A stretch of DNA of 63,222 bases, filler included, from Saprolegnia diclina VS20 (taxonomy: Eukaryota), in NCBI RefSeq assembly GCF_000281045.1. It is 8 parts of 3 records of this genome, joined end to end, with 100 filler letters (N's around TTAATTAATTAA, not from the genome) between each part and the next. Parts side by side here need not be neighbours in the genome. Positions count along the whole stretch, not along the records: positions 1 to 22,275 come from NW_008246122.1; 7 more parts are not named here. The stretch is one strand, 5' to 3'. How positions within the stretch are numbered: the first letter of the stretch is position 1; each line of letters opens with the position of its first letter. Below are positions 1 to 9,515 of the stretch, in pieces. The notes below the pieces were generated by a model, which was not told the DNA's origin, did no database searches, and worked only from the letters and a program-made list of their open reading frames with translations. A program made the translations under genes and the position numbers.

Positions 1-35
1 TTCACTTGCTACAGCGGTAGCTTTGGGGCCAGCTC

Positions 36-294
36 ATGGCGGTATGAGGAAGGTAGCCACTCAATCCCACCCGCGCTTAAACCGAACGCTGGAATATGTT
101 TGGATTGGCTAAAAAGCACGCGCCGAGCCACTTTCATTCGTTCAAAAAGCATTTGAATCAACCAATCACCGCGTCGTGGAGTGTTGTCCGGATATGACAG
201 CGCCATCAGCTTCTGCATCAGCATGGCGGCGACGGTGCTGTTCAACGATGCGCTGTGGTCGATGCTCATGGCGTACTCGGACAAGCTGCTATGA
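36..294 (+). pseudogene. Truncated duplicate of the promoter and first codons of the ankyrin gene at 2562
   Basis: 36-276 aligns closely with 2376-2615. ATG at 223 reads MAATVLFNDALWSMLMAY, then diverges and stops at 292-294. Confidence 0.8.
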
Positions 295-657
295 TGCGAC
301 CGCGTCATCCAACGCAGCCATCTCGAGCTTCGTCGCTTTCGACGTGGTACGCTTCACATCTCTTGTCTTGGTTTCCCGAGGCTGAGACGACCCTACGAGC
401 GACCTGAGCCGAGTTCCCGGCTCAGCAGACGAGATGTCAAAGGTTGCATGCGTCAAATTTTAGCCGCCGGTGACCAAACTTGGAATGACGTACAAGGGTA
501 AGACTGGCCGGGAAGCAGGAGTCGCGTAGCCCAGCCTCCCTCAACCGTTGGGTGCTTCGAGATATGGTCCTCTCTTTGGGTTAGTATGTGGATACAAACC
601 GCAAGCAGTTTCCAGCACGAGCTGCACGGAGCGGCTCACTTTTGAATCCGATTTGTC

Positions 658-1857
658 ATGCGCAGCTTCGGGACCTACGCAGCGCTTCTGCTCTCGCTCT
701 CGGCGGCCTCCATCGGCGTCGTCGGCGCGGCGACGTGCTCCACCATCCAGCCCAACACCGACTACTTTGGCAACGACATCAAGTCGACGTCCCAAGCGAG
801 CCCCAGCAATTGCTGCGGGGACTGCGCGGCCACCCCGGGGTGCATCCTCTATGTCTGGACGAGCCAGAGCGGTGGCACGTGCTACCTCAAGAGCGCAGCG
901 GGCACCTCGTCCAACAAGCCGGGTGCGCAGGCGGCGTTCCTCGTGCCTAGTACGTGCAACAACTTGCAGCCCAACATCGACTACTTTGGCAACGACATCA
1001 AGTCGACGTCTCAAGCGAACCCCAGCAACTGCTGCGGGGACTGCACGGCCACGCCCGGGTGCATCCTCTACGTTTGGACGAACCAGAGCGGCGGCACGTG
1101 CTACCTCAAGTCGGCTCAAGGCGCGCCGTCCAACAAGCCGGGCGCACAGTCGGGGTTTCTTGGCACGACACCGACACCGACGCCAACACCGACGCCAACA
1201 CCGACACCAACGCCAACGCCAACGACCTGCACCAACTACCAGAGCAACATCGACTACCCCGGTAACGACATTGCATCAACATCGCAGCCGACGGCCGCTA
1301 ACTGCTGCAACGACTGTGCCGCGACCCCCGGCTGCGTTCTCTACGTCTGGACGAGCCAGAGTGGCGGCACGTGCTACCTCAAGTCGGCCCAAGGCGCGTC
1401 CATCGCCAAGCCCGGCGCGCAGTCGGCGGCTCTTAGCGGGCCTTCGCCGTGTGGCCCCGCGCTCGCCAACACGGACTACACGGGCCAGGACTTGAGTAAC
1501 GTTGGAGTGACGTCCATCAACCAGTGCTGCGCGGCCTGCCTCGCTGTCGCCGCTTGCAACGCCTACAGCTTCAAGGACAACGTGTGCTACCTCAAGAGCG
1601 GCAGCAATGGCCAAGTGTCGCTGCCGGGTGTCACGGCCGTCGCGCTCTACCGCTGCTCGGCGCCGGAGACCAACGTCGACTACATTGACAACAACATTGG
1701 AACTGCGGCGTCGCCAACGTACGTGCGCTGCTGCGAGCTGTGCCGCAACACGGCCGGGTGCGGCGCGTTCTCGTGGGCCAGCGGCGTGTGCTACTTGAAG
1801 AGCGCCAAGGGTGCGACGACGAACGCGGCTGGTGTCATCTCGGCCACGGTGCTCTAG
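658..1857 (+). CDS. Secreted PAN/Apple-domain protein (CBEL-related, 5 PAN modules, PT linker, no CBM1 visible)
   Basis: Signal peptide; five repeats of the C-x-DYxGxDI-x-CCxxCxxxxGC-x-CYLKS pattern; (PT)n linker at ~1168-1227; Inr-like GCTCACTTTT upstream. Confidence 0.9.
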   Translation: MRSFGTYAALLLSLSAASIGVVGAATCSTIQPNTDYFGNDIKSTSQASPSNCCGDCAATPGCILYVWTSQSGGTCYLKSAAGTSSNKPGAQAAFLVPSTCNNLQPNIDYFGNDIKSTSQANPSNCCGDCTATPGCILYVWTNQSGGTCYLKSAQGAPSNKPGAQSGFLGTTPTPTPTPTPTPTPTPTPTTCTNYQSNIDYPGNDIASTSQPTAANCCNDCAATPGCVLYVWTSQSGGTCYLKSAQGASIAKPGAQSAALSGPSPCGPALANTDYTGQDLSNVGVTSINQCCAACLAVAACNAYSFKDNVCYLKSGSNGQVSLPGVTAVALYRCSAPETNVDYIDNNIGTAASPTYVRCCELCRNTAGCGAFSWASGVCYLKSAKGATTNAAGVISATVL

Positions 1858-2008
1858 CTGCGTCGCGCCGCCCACGCCAGCACCTCTTATTTGCCTCCCT
1901 CAACTCGTTGACGTGAGTCCTCAATCCATGCATACGTAGCTTATGTTGAGTTTTTGTTGTCTCGAGAGGCGTGTGGGGAGCAGCATCGTTGGTCGCAAGT
2001 GTAAGGTC

Positions 2009-2215
2009 GATTTGAGATTGAAACTCTCTGAGCACGCAGATCTTATAATATAAGATCTGCGTGCTCAGAGAGTTTCCCAAACTGAATCTCAAATCATGTT
2101 CTCAATACTCAATCTTTAGTTTGGGAAACTCTCTGAGCACGCAGATCTTATATTATAAGATCTTATATTATAGGATCTGCGTGCTCAGAGAGTTTCCCAA
2201 ACTGAATCTCAAATC
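2009..2215. repeat. Tandem pair of long palindromes (foldback/MITE-like)
   Basis: 2021-2075 has perfect 27-bp arms around a 1-nt spacer. A second copy at 2118-2203 has ~30-bp arms. Outer GATTTGAGATT/AATCTCAAATC inverted ends. Confidence 0.9.
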
Positions 2216-2233
2216 GTGTTAAACCTCTTTTGT

Positions 2234-2284
2234 TTTGATATTCCAGTTGCAACTTTGATATTCCAGTTGCAACTGGAATATCAA
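2234..2284. repeat. 20-bp tandem repeat ending in a perfect 30-bp palindrome
   Basis: TTTGATATTCCAGTTGCAAC x2; TTGATATTCCAGTTGCAACTGGAATATCAA at 2255-2284 is self-complementary. Confidence 0.9.
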
Positions 2285-2561
2285 TTGAAAGAGGATTTCA
2301 AAATTCGCAAGCAATCTCGCAGATCCTGCGACGATGGAAGAAGCACAAGGGAGCATGGCGATGGCGCCGGCCGAGATGGCGGTATGAGGAAGGCAGCTGC
2401 TCAATCCCACCCGCGCTTGAACCGAGCACTGGAATATCTTTGGATTGGCTAAAAAGCACGCGCCGAGCCACTTTCATTCGTTCAAAAGCATTCGAATCAA
2501 CCAATCACCGCGTCGTGGAGTGTCGTCCGGATGTGACAGCGCCATTAGCATCTGCATCACC

Positions 2562-4556
2562 ATGGCGGCGACGGTGCTGCTCAACGATGCGCTGTGGCCG
2601 ATGCTCATGGCGTACCAGCACGGACTCCCGTGGTGCATCGGTGAGCTTGAGCGGCTTAGCGCGACGATCACGCTGGCGCCAGTGGCGGACCCCGGTGGGC
2701 CGCTCTGCTTGCACAACGTGCCGCCTCGGTTTCTCGCGACGCCGTACCTGCGGCGCAACGCGCCTCAGCGCCACGCGCCATTGACGGCAGGAACGCTCTT
2801 TCTGTACGACAAAGATGCCATGGCGAGCCTCCCGCTGCACCTCTCGATCCTTGAAGGTCATTTGCGCCACATCGTCCTCTGGGGCGTGCATCGCCCGCAC
2901 TGTTTCCAGCGATCCACCATCGAGCTCGCGGCCGCGTGCGGTCATACCGACATTGTGCAGCACCTTGCGACGCAGATGACGCTACCCGTGACGACGAAAA
3001 CGGTCGACTTGGCCGCTATGAACGGCAACGAGGCGCTTCTGCGCTGGCTCTTCGACCTGCCAGCACGCCGCGGCGGGACGCGCTTGGCCCTCGATGGCGC
3101 TGCCGCCCATGGACACTTGGCCATCGTGCAGTTGCTGGTCTCAAAAGGTCGCTACTACGGGTCGCGCAACGTTGTCGCTGCGGCTGTTCACAATGGTCAC
3201 ATCCATATCGCTCGGTTCCTCTTGGAGTCGGGCCGCTATGCGTACAACTACTGCGCGAGGGCATATATGCAAGACTACTACGGCGTACAGCATGTCAACG
3301 TGCCGGGCACGGCCCAACTGGCATGCATCAAGCTGCTTTTGGCAACGTACCATGCCGACGCCATTGACGCTGTCGCGATCGAAGGTGCGATCCGCACCAG
3401 TGGCGTCGCGGCGCTCGTCTTTTGCTTTAATGCCGGCGTCGTTGCGCTCACAAGTCGACTGATCGAGTACATTGCGAACCTCGGCGATGTCGATGCGATG
3501 CGGTTTGCGTTGCAGCAGCTATTGCAACTGCACCAGAAGCCGGCCCATTGGCTCTCGGCCCCGTCCCGGTACATGCACCCTAATGACATAGCACGACGGT
3601 CTTTTTGTAGGTGGTGGGGTAGCGTCCGGCGTGCCAGTCTCACGCACACGTGGTCCCCCTCGGGATGGAGTATATGTCGCGCCACAGACATTGCTGCGGC
3701 TCGTGGGCACTTGGGCGTGCTCCAGCTCTTGCATGCAGCAAGACTCGACTGCGGGACTTCCTCCGCGATCGTCTACGCCGCCGCCAACGGTCATCTCGCC
3801 ACGGTCCAGTGGCTCTACGAGACGCTACGGGACTTGAACGTCGACGTTGCGCTTAGTTCGGCGGCTGCCTACGGCCATAGTGACGTCGTCGATGCCCTCC
3901 TCGGCATGCAGCGCGAGAGCCAACGCAGGCTTCCACTCGAGTTTGCCTGGACGACATGGTGTCTCGACCCCATCGAGACGCGGGACGTTGCCATCATCGT
4001 CGCTCACGTTGAGCCACAAGTCGCAGCTGCCGCGACGGGCCATGTCGAGATTCTACAGCGTCTGCCGCCGCGCGTCTCGCCAGCGCACTTGGTCGATGAA
4101 GCGTGCAAGCACGGCCATCTCAACGTTGTCAAGGCGCTTTGGAGCGAATGCGACGGGTCGTATAGTCTCCCAACGCTCCTGAAGGCGCTCGCAGCGGGGC
4201 ATCTGCTGGTCGTCGAGTACCTCTTGCTTCATGGAAAGCTGTGGTCGGCGAGCAAATTCAGCGATGACGCGGCAGCCGTCGATGCCATCTACACGGCCGC
4301 TGCGCACCAAGGCAACGTTGACGTGTATGTTCGCATAGCTGCGTGCCTCCCACACGGCGTGAGCCGACAAGCGATAGGGACTTTGCTATCGGACGTCATT
4401 GAGCGCCGACACTGGCGCTTGCTGTCGCATCTCCTCACCGACGCAACGCTGGTCGTATCAAGCGATGTGGTTGCGCTTGCCAGCGCCAGAGCACCCAAGA
4501 CCCTTGTCGACGCGATGCAAGCAAGAGCGGTGACGACAAGCGTCGCCGAAATGTAG
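2562..4556 (+). CDS. Ankyrin-repeat protein (oomycete-expanded AAxxGHLxxV type)
   Basis: Many degenerate ANK motifs (LDGAAAHGHLAIVQLL, YAAANGHLATVQWLY, EACKHGHLNVVKAL). First ATG at 2562, downstream of CCAAT boxes. Confidence 0.85.
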   Translation: MAATVLLNDALWPMLMAYQHGLPWCIGELERLSATITLAPVADPGGPLCLHNVPPRFLATPYLRRNAPQRHAPLTAGTLFLYDKDAMASLPLHLSILEGHLRHIVLWGVHRPHCFQRSTIELAAACGHTDIVQHLATQMTLPVTTKTVDLAAMNGNEALLRWLFDLPARRGGTRLALDGAAAHGHLAIVQLLVSKGRYYGSRNVVAAAVHNGHIHIARFLLESGRYAYNYCARAYMQDYYGVQHVNVPGTAQLACIKLLLATYHADAIDAVAIEGAIRTSGVAALVFCFNAGVVALTSRLIEYIANLGDVDAMRFALQQLLQLHQKPAHWLSAPSRYMHPNDIARRSFCRWWGSVRRASLTHTWSPSGWSICRATDIAAARGHLGVLQLLHAARLDCGTSSAIVYAAANGHLATVQWLYETLRDLNVDVALSSAAAYGHSDVVDALLGMQRESQRRLPLEFAWTTWCLDPIETRDVAIIVAHVEPQVAAAATGHVEILQRLPPRVSPAHLVDEACKHGHLNVVKALWSECDGSYSLPTLLKALAAGHLLVVEYLLLHGKLWSASKFSDDAAAVDAIYTAAAHQGNVDVYVRIAACLPHGVSRQAIGTLLSDVIERRHWRLLSHLLTDATLVVSSDVVALASARAPKTLVDAMQARAVTTSVAEM

Positions 4557-5665
4557 TGATTCATAAGAGTCGTTGCAGTCTAGAAGAACGCTCACGAACG
4601 CAACAGTTTGTTTGAAACGAGAAGGTTCGACCCGTCGTCAGATTGCCGGTGTACAATTGTTGGGTATCTCAGCGCGGGACTGAGAAAGAGTATCTCGACA
4701 TCGCGCTCTCCCAGACGCTACCACATCACCCAAGCGCCAAGCGCCCATGGACGCCACCGTTGCTACTAGCTTGTGCGGGTCGGAGCTGCAGGCGGGTGCG
4801 CGCCAACTCGACGACTACCGCTAGTTACGACGCACGGTGCGCGTCGAGCGTTGATGGTGCAGCGGACTTCGAGGCAGCCTGGCTCACGCTGTAGCGCTTC
4901 TCAGCTTACCAGCTTGCGTCGATATCAGACGCTTTTCCTGAGTACATTCGGGCAGTCATTCGTAGCTCCATAGCGTACACTGCTGCAGAGGAACACGGCA
5001 GAGGGACTGAGCAGTCATCGGAAGCGTCTCGACGATCGACCTCAAGCGTGGGAGGCTTGCGTCGACAGGCTGGCCACAGTGGCACACATATGTTCACCTG
5101 ACCGTGCGAAAACATCATGTTTAAAACAGATTGTCCATCACGCGCATCGTACCGTGTAATCAAAGCTGCATACGAGCCATCCATCCGACATCAAATCAAA
5201 GGCAGTGCTTGGAGCGGTGCGTAGGTGTCTTTCTCAGTGCAAAAAAGAACCGCCTCGCGCGTCGCGCACACAAGTCACATATAGTTTAAAACAGTTTAAA
5301 ACATGCCAGGCACGGCTGATGTTCACGCTACGCCGCATTGTCGCCCGCTCGTTTGTTTCTGCACGAACCGATTAGATGGTCTGGTCCAACTCAGATCTGG
5401 AAGGCACGTCCACCTCTTCTGGTATCGCGTCTCTTTGCGTGTGCATCTGCAGCGCGTGAGTCTCGAGCTCTGGTTGGCTGCATGGATCCCACACTCACTA
5501 CGCAAGCCTATTCGATGCGACGACCAAACCAAGCGTCTTGTATCTGCAGCAAGATTAGATTTGACGTAGCACGTGGTCGCATCTGTTGGTAGTGGTCGAC
5601 GGTTCCACCCATGCGAACACATGTTTTCGGCTGACTCAGATCGCACGGCGTCGCCCTCGATCGAT

Positions 5666-5680
5666 TCATTTTACAATTTC
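5666..5680 (+). promoter_or_regulatory. Oomycete Inr+FPR core promoter
   Basis: TCATTTTACAATTTC 37 nt upstream of the subtilisin ATG; matches the oomycete TCAYTYYNCAWTTT consensus. Confidence 0.8.
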
Positions 5681-5702
5681 ACTTGTATCAACAGCAAATA
5701 CC

Positions 5703-7163
5703 ATGAAGGTCATCTTTGCCCTCGCTGCCCTTGCGGCCGCCGCCCACGCCAAGGTCACGAGCGCGGTCCTCCGCGAACTCGAAGTGGACGGCACGACGTC
5801 GGTCATCGTCACCTTCAAGAAGGAAGCTACCGAGTCGCTTGCGACGTACGAAGCCATCACCAACGTGGCCGAACGCCGTGAAAAGTACATCGCTGCGACG
5901 TCGGCCGAGGCCGTCAAGCGCACGTCGTCGCTCCGTGAGGCCATTGGCACCAAGGTCGACATTGAGAGCTTCTGGATTGCGCCTGTGGCGTCGGTCAAGA
6001 ACGTCGACCAGGCGACTGTCGACGCCATCTCCAAGCTCCCCAACGTGCTCAAGGTCGACACGGTTCGCAGCATCAAGCTCACGCCGGTCATCAAGGGCAA
6101 GGAAAACTCGCCGGCCGACCACTCGCGTCCCAACGGCGTCCAGTGGGGTGTCGACACGGTCGGTGCGCCCGCGATCTGGAAGTACTTTGACGGCAAGGGC
6201 GTCGTCGTCGGCTCGATCGACACGGGTGTCCGTCACACGCACGAAGCCATCAAGTCCAAGTGGCGCTCGGACCGTGGTTGGTACGACCCGTACAACAAGA
6301 CGGCGCTCCCCGAAGATCTCGGTGGCCACGGTACCCACACGATCGGTACGATGGTCGGTGACTACGGTATCGGTGTTGCCCCCGGCGCTCAGTTCATCTC
6401 GTGCCGTGGCTTGTACATTGACAGCGGCGACGACCTCTCGCTTCTGACGTGCGCGCAGTTTATGGTGTGCCCGACCAAGCCGGACGGCTCGGACCCGGAC
6501 TGCACCAAGGGCGCGGACCTCGTCAACAACTCGTGGGGCGGTGACGCGAGCACGGACACGTGGTTTGCCGACGTCATTGACTCGTGGCACATGGCCGGTG
6601 TCACGCCGCTCTTTGCCAACGGCAACGAAGGTCCGGCCTGCGCGACGGCGGGCAACCCGGCGACGTACAACAACGTCATTTCGGTCGGCGCCGTCGGCTC
6701 GTACACGGACGAGCCCAACCAGCTCGCGTACTTTTCGTCCAAGGGCCCGGCCCAGTACAAAGACTGGAACGGCAACGTGCACACGATCGTCAAGCCCGAT
6801 GTGTCGGCGCCCGGCTTCTTCACCTACTCGAGCCTCAACGTCAACGACGCCTACTATGAGTACTACGCCGGCACGTCGATGGCGACGCCGCATGTCGCTG
6901 GTGTCGTCGCCCTCCTCAAGTCGGCGCAGAAGGGCCTCACTTACAACCAGATCTACCGGTACCTGACGACGACGACGGTCAAGGACATCTTGCAGCCCGA
7001 GCCGCAGACGTGGATCCTCACGCGCAACCGCACGCTCCCGGGCGCGCCCAACTGCGGCGGTGTCTCGGACAAGGCGTGGCCCAACAACCGTTATGGCTAC
7101 GGTCGCGTTAACGTCACCAACATCCTCGGTGGCGGCAAGTTCCCCAACCCGAGCGCGTGCTAA
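5703..7163 (+). CDS. Secreted subtilisin-like serine protease (S8A), prodomain plus catalytic domain
   Basis: Signal peptide MKVIFALAALAAAAHA; triad motifs IDTG, GHGTH, GTSMATPH; oxyanion ANGN; intronless. Confidence 0.95.
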   Translation: MKVIFALAALAAAAHAKVTSAVLRELEVDGTTSVIVTFKKEATESLATYEAITNVAERREKYIAATSAEAVKRTSSLREAIGTKVDIESFWIAPVASVKNVDQATVDAISKLPNVLKVDTVRSIKLTPVIKGKENSPADHSRPNGVQWGVDTVGAPAIWKYFDGKGVVVGSIDTGVRHTHEAIKSKWRSDRGWYDPYNKTALPEDLGGHGTHTIGTMVGDYGIGVAPGAQFISCRGLYIDSGDDLSLLTCAQFMVCPTKPDGSDPDCTKGADLVNNSWGGDASTDTWFADVIDSWHMAGVTPLFANGNEGPACATAGNPATYNNVISVGAVGSYTDEPNQLAYFSSKGPAQYKDWNGNVHTIVKPDVSAPGFFTYSSLNVNDAYYEYYAGTSMATPHVAGVVALLKSAQKGLTYNQIYRYLTTTTVKDILQPEPQTWILTRNRTLPGAPNCGGVSDKAWPNNRYGYGRVNVTNILGGGKFPNPSAC

Positions 7164-7650
7164 CTACGCCTTTTGCGGCCAATCGTTTCATTTTGATTGC
7201 CAGTGTGACGTTGATAACTCTGCATAATCCACCACCATGCCATGTCTTCTCGCACGGTGATCTTGCCCTCTCACTTCAGTTCATAATTCATACCAACCGT
7301 GTTGCAACAACAAAAGCTATGTATTCTCCGGTGGCACTCATTTTTGGCCCACATTGTGCTCTCAAAACCCATGCTCAAAACCCCCGAGTTTCTCATCACA
7401 GTACAATATTGTAGCAACGAGGAAACGAACTGTTGTCTGTATTGTTGAATGATACGCGAGCCAATACTGTATGCAAGCCAAGAGCTCGTTTGGGCTAATG
7501 ACGTACATCACAAAGGCTGTATCTGAGGCCTAATCAAAAGCATAGCAGATGGCCACCACTGCCGACCCTTGTCGCCTGCTGCAACGATGCGACTCGACTA
7601 CTTGTATGCTGGCAGGTCGGACGAAAAAGCAAAAATCATAAATTAGCGAT

Positions 7651-8454
7651 CTAGGCAACGGGATGCAGGTACAATTCAACGTGAATCGTGAGCGCTTGGA
7701 TCTTGCCGACGAGAAGCGCAACGTACGACGCTCGATAGCACTTGACGTCGTCCAACATTGCGCGCGTCTCGTCCGTCGACATGGTGCGGAGCGATGCGTG
7801 CGGGAAAAAGTCGTCGTGCACTTCGTCCAAGATCGCCAAGAGCTGCTTGAGGACACTCCGCGACGGCGTTGGCTGGCTCTTGCGCAGCAGCGAGAGGCCG
7901 GACGCCAGCAGTTCGAGGAGGCGCGAGTACGGCCAAAGCTGCTGCCAGAGTGCCTGCGTCCACATGTCGGTGGCAAACTCCAGTGTGTAGTGAAGCTGCT
8001 TGTAGAGCTCAGGATCCGAGTCCTTTGGGAGGTACCGCGGCTGGCGCAAATGGTCCAAGTGCTGCAGCAAGTGCACGGCGCCGCAAAACTCTGTGGCTTG
8101 AAGCGGACTCGCAAAAGCAAATGTCTTGATGACGTCGCTACCGCGCGCGACAAGCTGCACTTGGCGCTTCCCGTGCCGTACAAAGCACGTGTGCATTGTC
8201 GGGAGGTACTGCGGCGACGCGGCGCTGGGCGGAAGGTACGTGAGGCAGCCTTTGTCGAGGCGCACGAGAACGCGCGTCTCCGCCTTCTTGAGCGCCGACG
8301 TCCAATGGAGCTTGTCGAAGAACGTTGGGTCTTCGAGGACCGTAAAGAGGCACGCGATGCTACGCTCGTGCGTGGGGTCCACTGGCGACGGGTGCTGCTG
8401 GTCGATCGCGCAGTTGTCGAGAATGCTGTCGAGTTTGGCCAAGTGCGCTGTCAT
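7651..8454 (-). CDS. Hypothetical protein (267 aa)
   Basis: ATG-started ORF with coding-like codon usage and AT-rich flanks; no family recognised. Confidence 0.65.
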   Translation of the reverse strand: MTAHLAKLDSILDNCAIDQQHPSPVDPTHERSIACLFTVLEDPTFFDKLHWTSALKKAETRVLVRLDKGCLTYLPPSAASPQYLPTMHTCFVRHGKRQVQLVARGSDVIKTFAFASPLQATEFCGAVHLLQHLDHLRQPRYLPKDSDPELYKQLHYTLEFATDMWTQALWQQLWPYSRLLELLASGLSLLRKSQPTPSRSVLKQLLAILDEVHDDFFPHASLRTMSTDETRAMLDDVKCYRASYVALLVGKIQALTIHVELYLHPVA

Positions 8455-9515
8455 TGTGCTGGGAAATAAGAAAATGATGCAAATGTGCGGCTGGCACTTT
8501 TGCCAAGATCGTCATAGTCGCACAGGACCGACATTCCGACACCGACATTCCATTGGTTGTCGCATGTGTTGCGCAGTTAAATAGTGTATGCCTCGAGTTG
8601 GTTGATCGCATCGTGCTTGCGAGCTCGGCCTATTTAATTCAATACGTGTTGCGCTCGATCTTTCGATGTGAATATTTCTGGCATTGTACAGCGTTTCATT
8701 GTTGGTGCAAGCTTGGACCGCTAGGAAATAACACGACCCTCGTGGGGCGAGTGAGGACGCCCGAACACACTATTAAGTGACGTTGAGAGAGCCAGTGTGG
8801 TGGACATCGCAAGAAGAAACAAAATTGAACCTCGGAGCAATCGTGGACAGCGTGGACACAGCACAGCTGAATTTATTAAGATCTAGTACCTGGAAGGCTC
8901 TAGGACTAGTAATTTGGAGGCACGCGGTAGCAGCGAGTAATTGTAGTACGAGTGACACTGGTCGCGACGACCCAGTGAGGTGGACCATACTACTAGGAAG
9001 TAACGTCACGGACGCCAGTACTTGGTAGGCATCACGAGGGCGGAGCCACACAACTGGGCGACAAGCAAGGTACATAAAAATCCTTGCGGATAAGATCACA
9101 GATATAAGATTGTATGTCGACGTGCAAAAGACGTTCCGGTACCGGTGCTGGCCTCTGGTTTCTTGTGCCGGATTGTGGTCGTCGCGAAACTTTAGTAGGT
9201 TTTCAAACAGCCATGTCCCAAGCCGTTTCGAGGGCCGAGAGCGAACAAAAAAAGGAATAATGAATGTTCGCTGTCGTTGGTCATTTACAAAATCCTGCAA
9301 TGCCTTGCAAGCTCCATTTCCGATTAATGCCACTGTAGAAGCGTAGTTGACAGTGTGTGACGACCGTGGCGTCGGGTCACGAGCCATCCAAAGAGCCGCA
9401 TTGGACCACCCGCTTACCACCAAGAGACCTCGCCGTATGGCAGCGATGACACGACATATGGGCGCTTGGCCTGGCCCACGGATCCTGGGATAGACGTTCG
9501 CATTTCAGAAGGAGC

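Noticed and set aside
2009..2284. CRISPR-like repeat array
   Set aside because: No repeat-spacer periodicity or cas genes; eukaryotic context.
4643..5184. Short ORFs after the ankyrin gene
   Set aside because: No family signal; may be decayed sequence but not supportable.
8773..9423. 216-aa minus-strand ORF in lower-GC DNA
   Set aside because: No recognisable motif, atypical codon usage, no transposon hallmarks seen.
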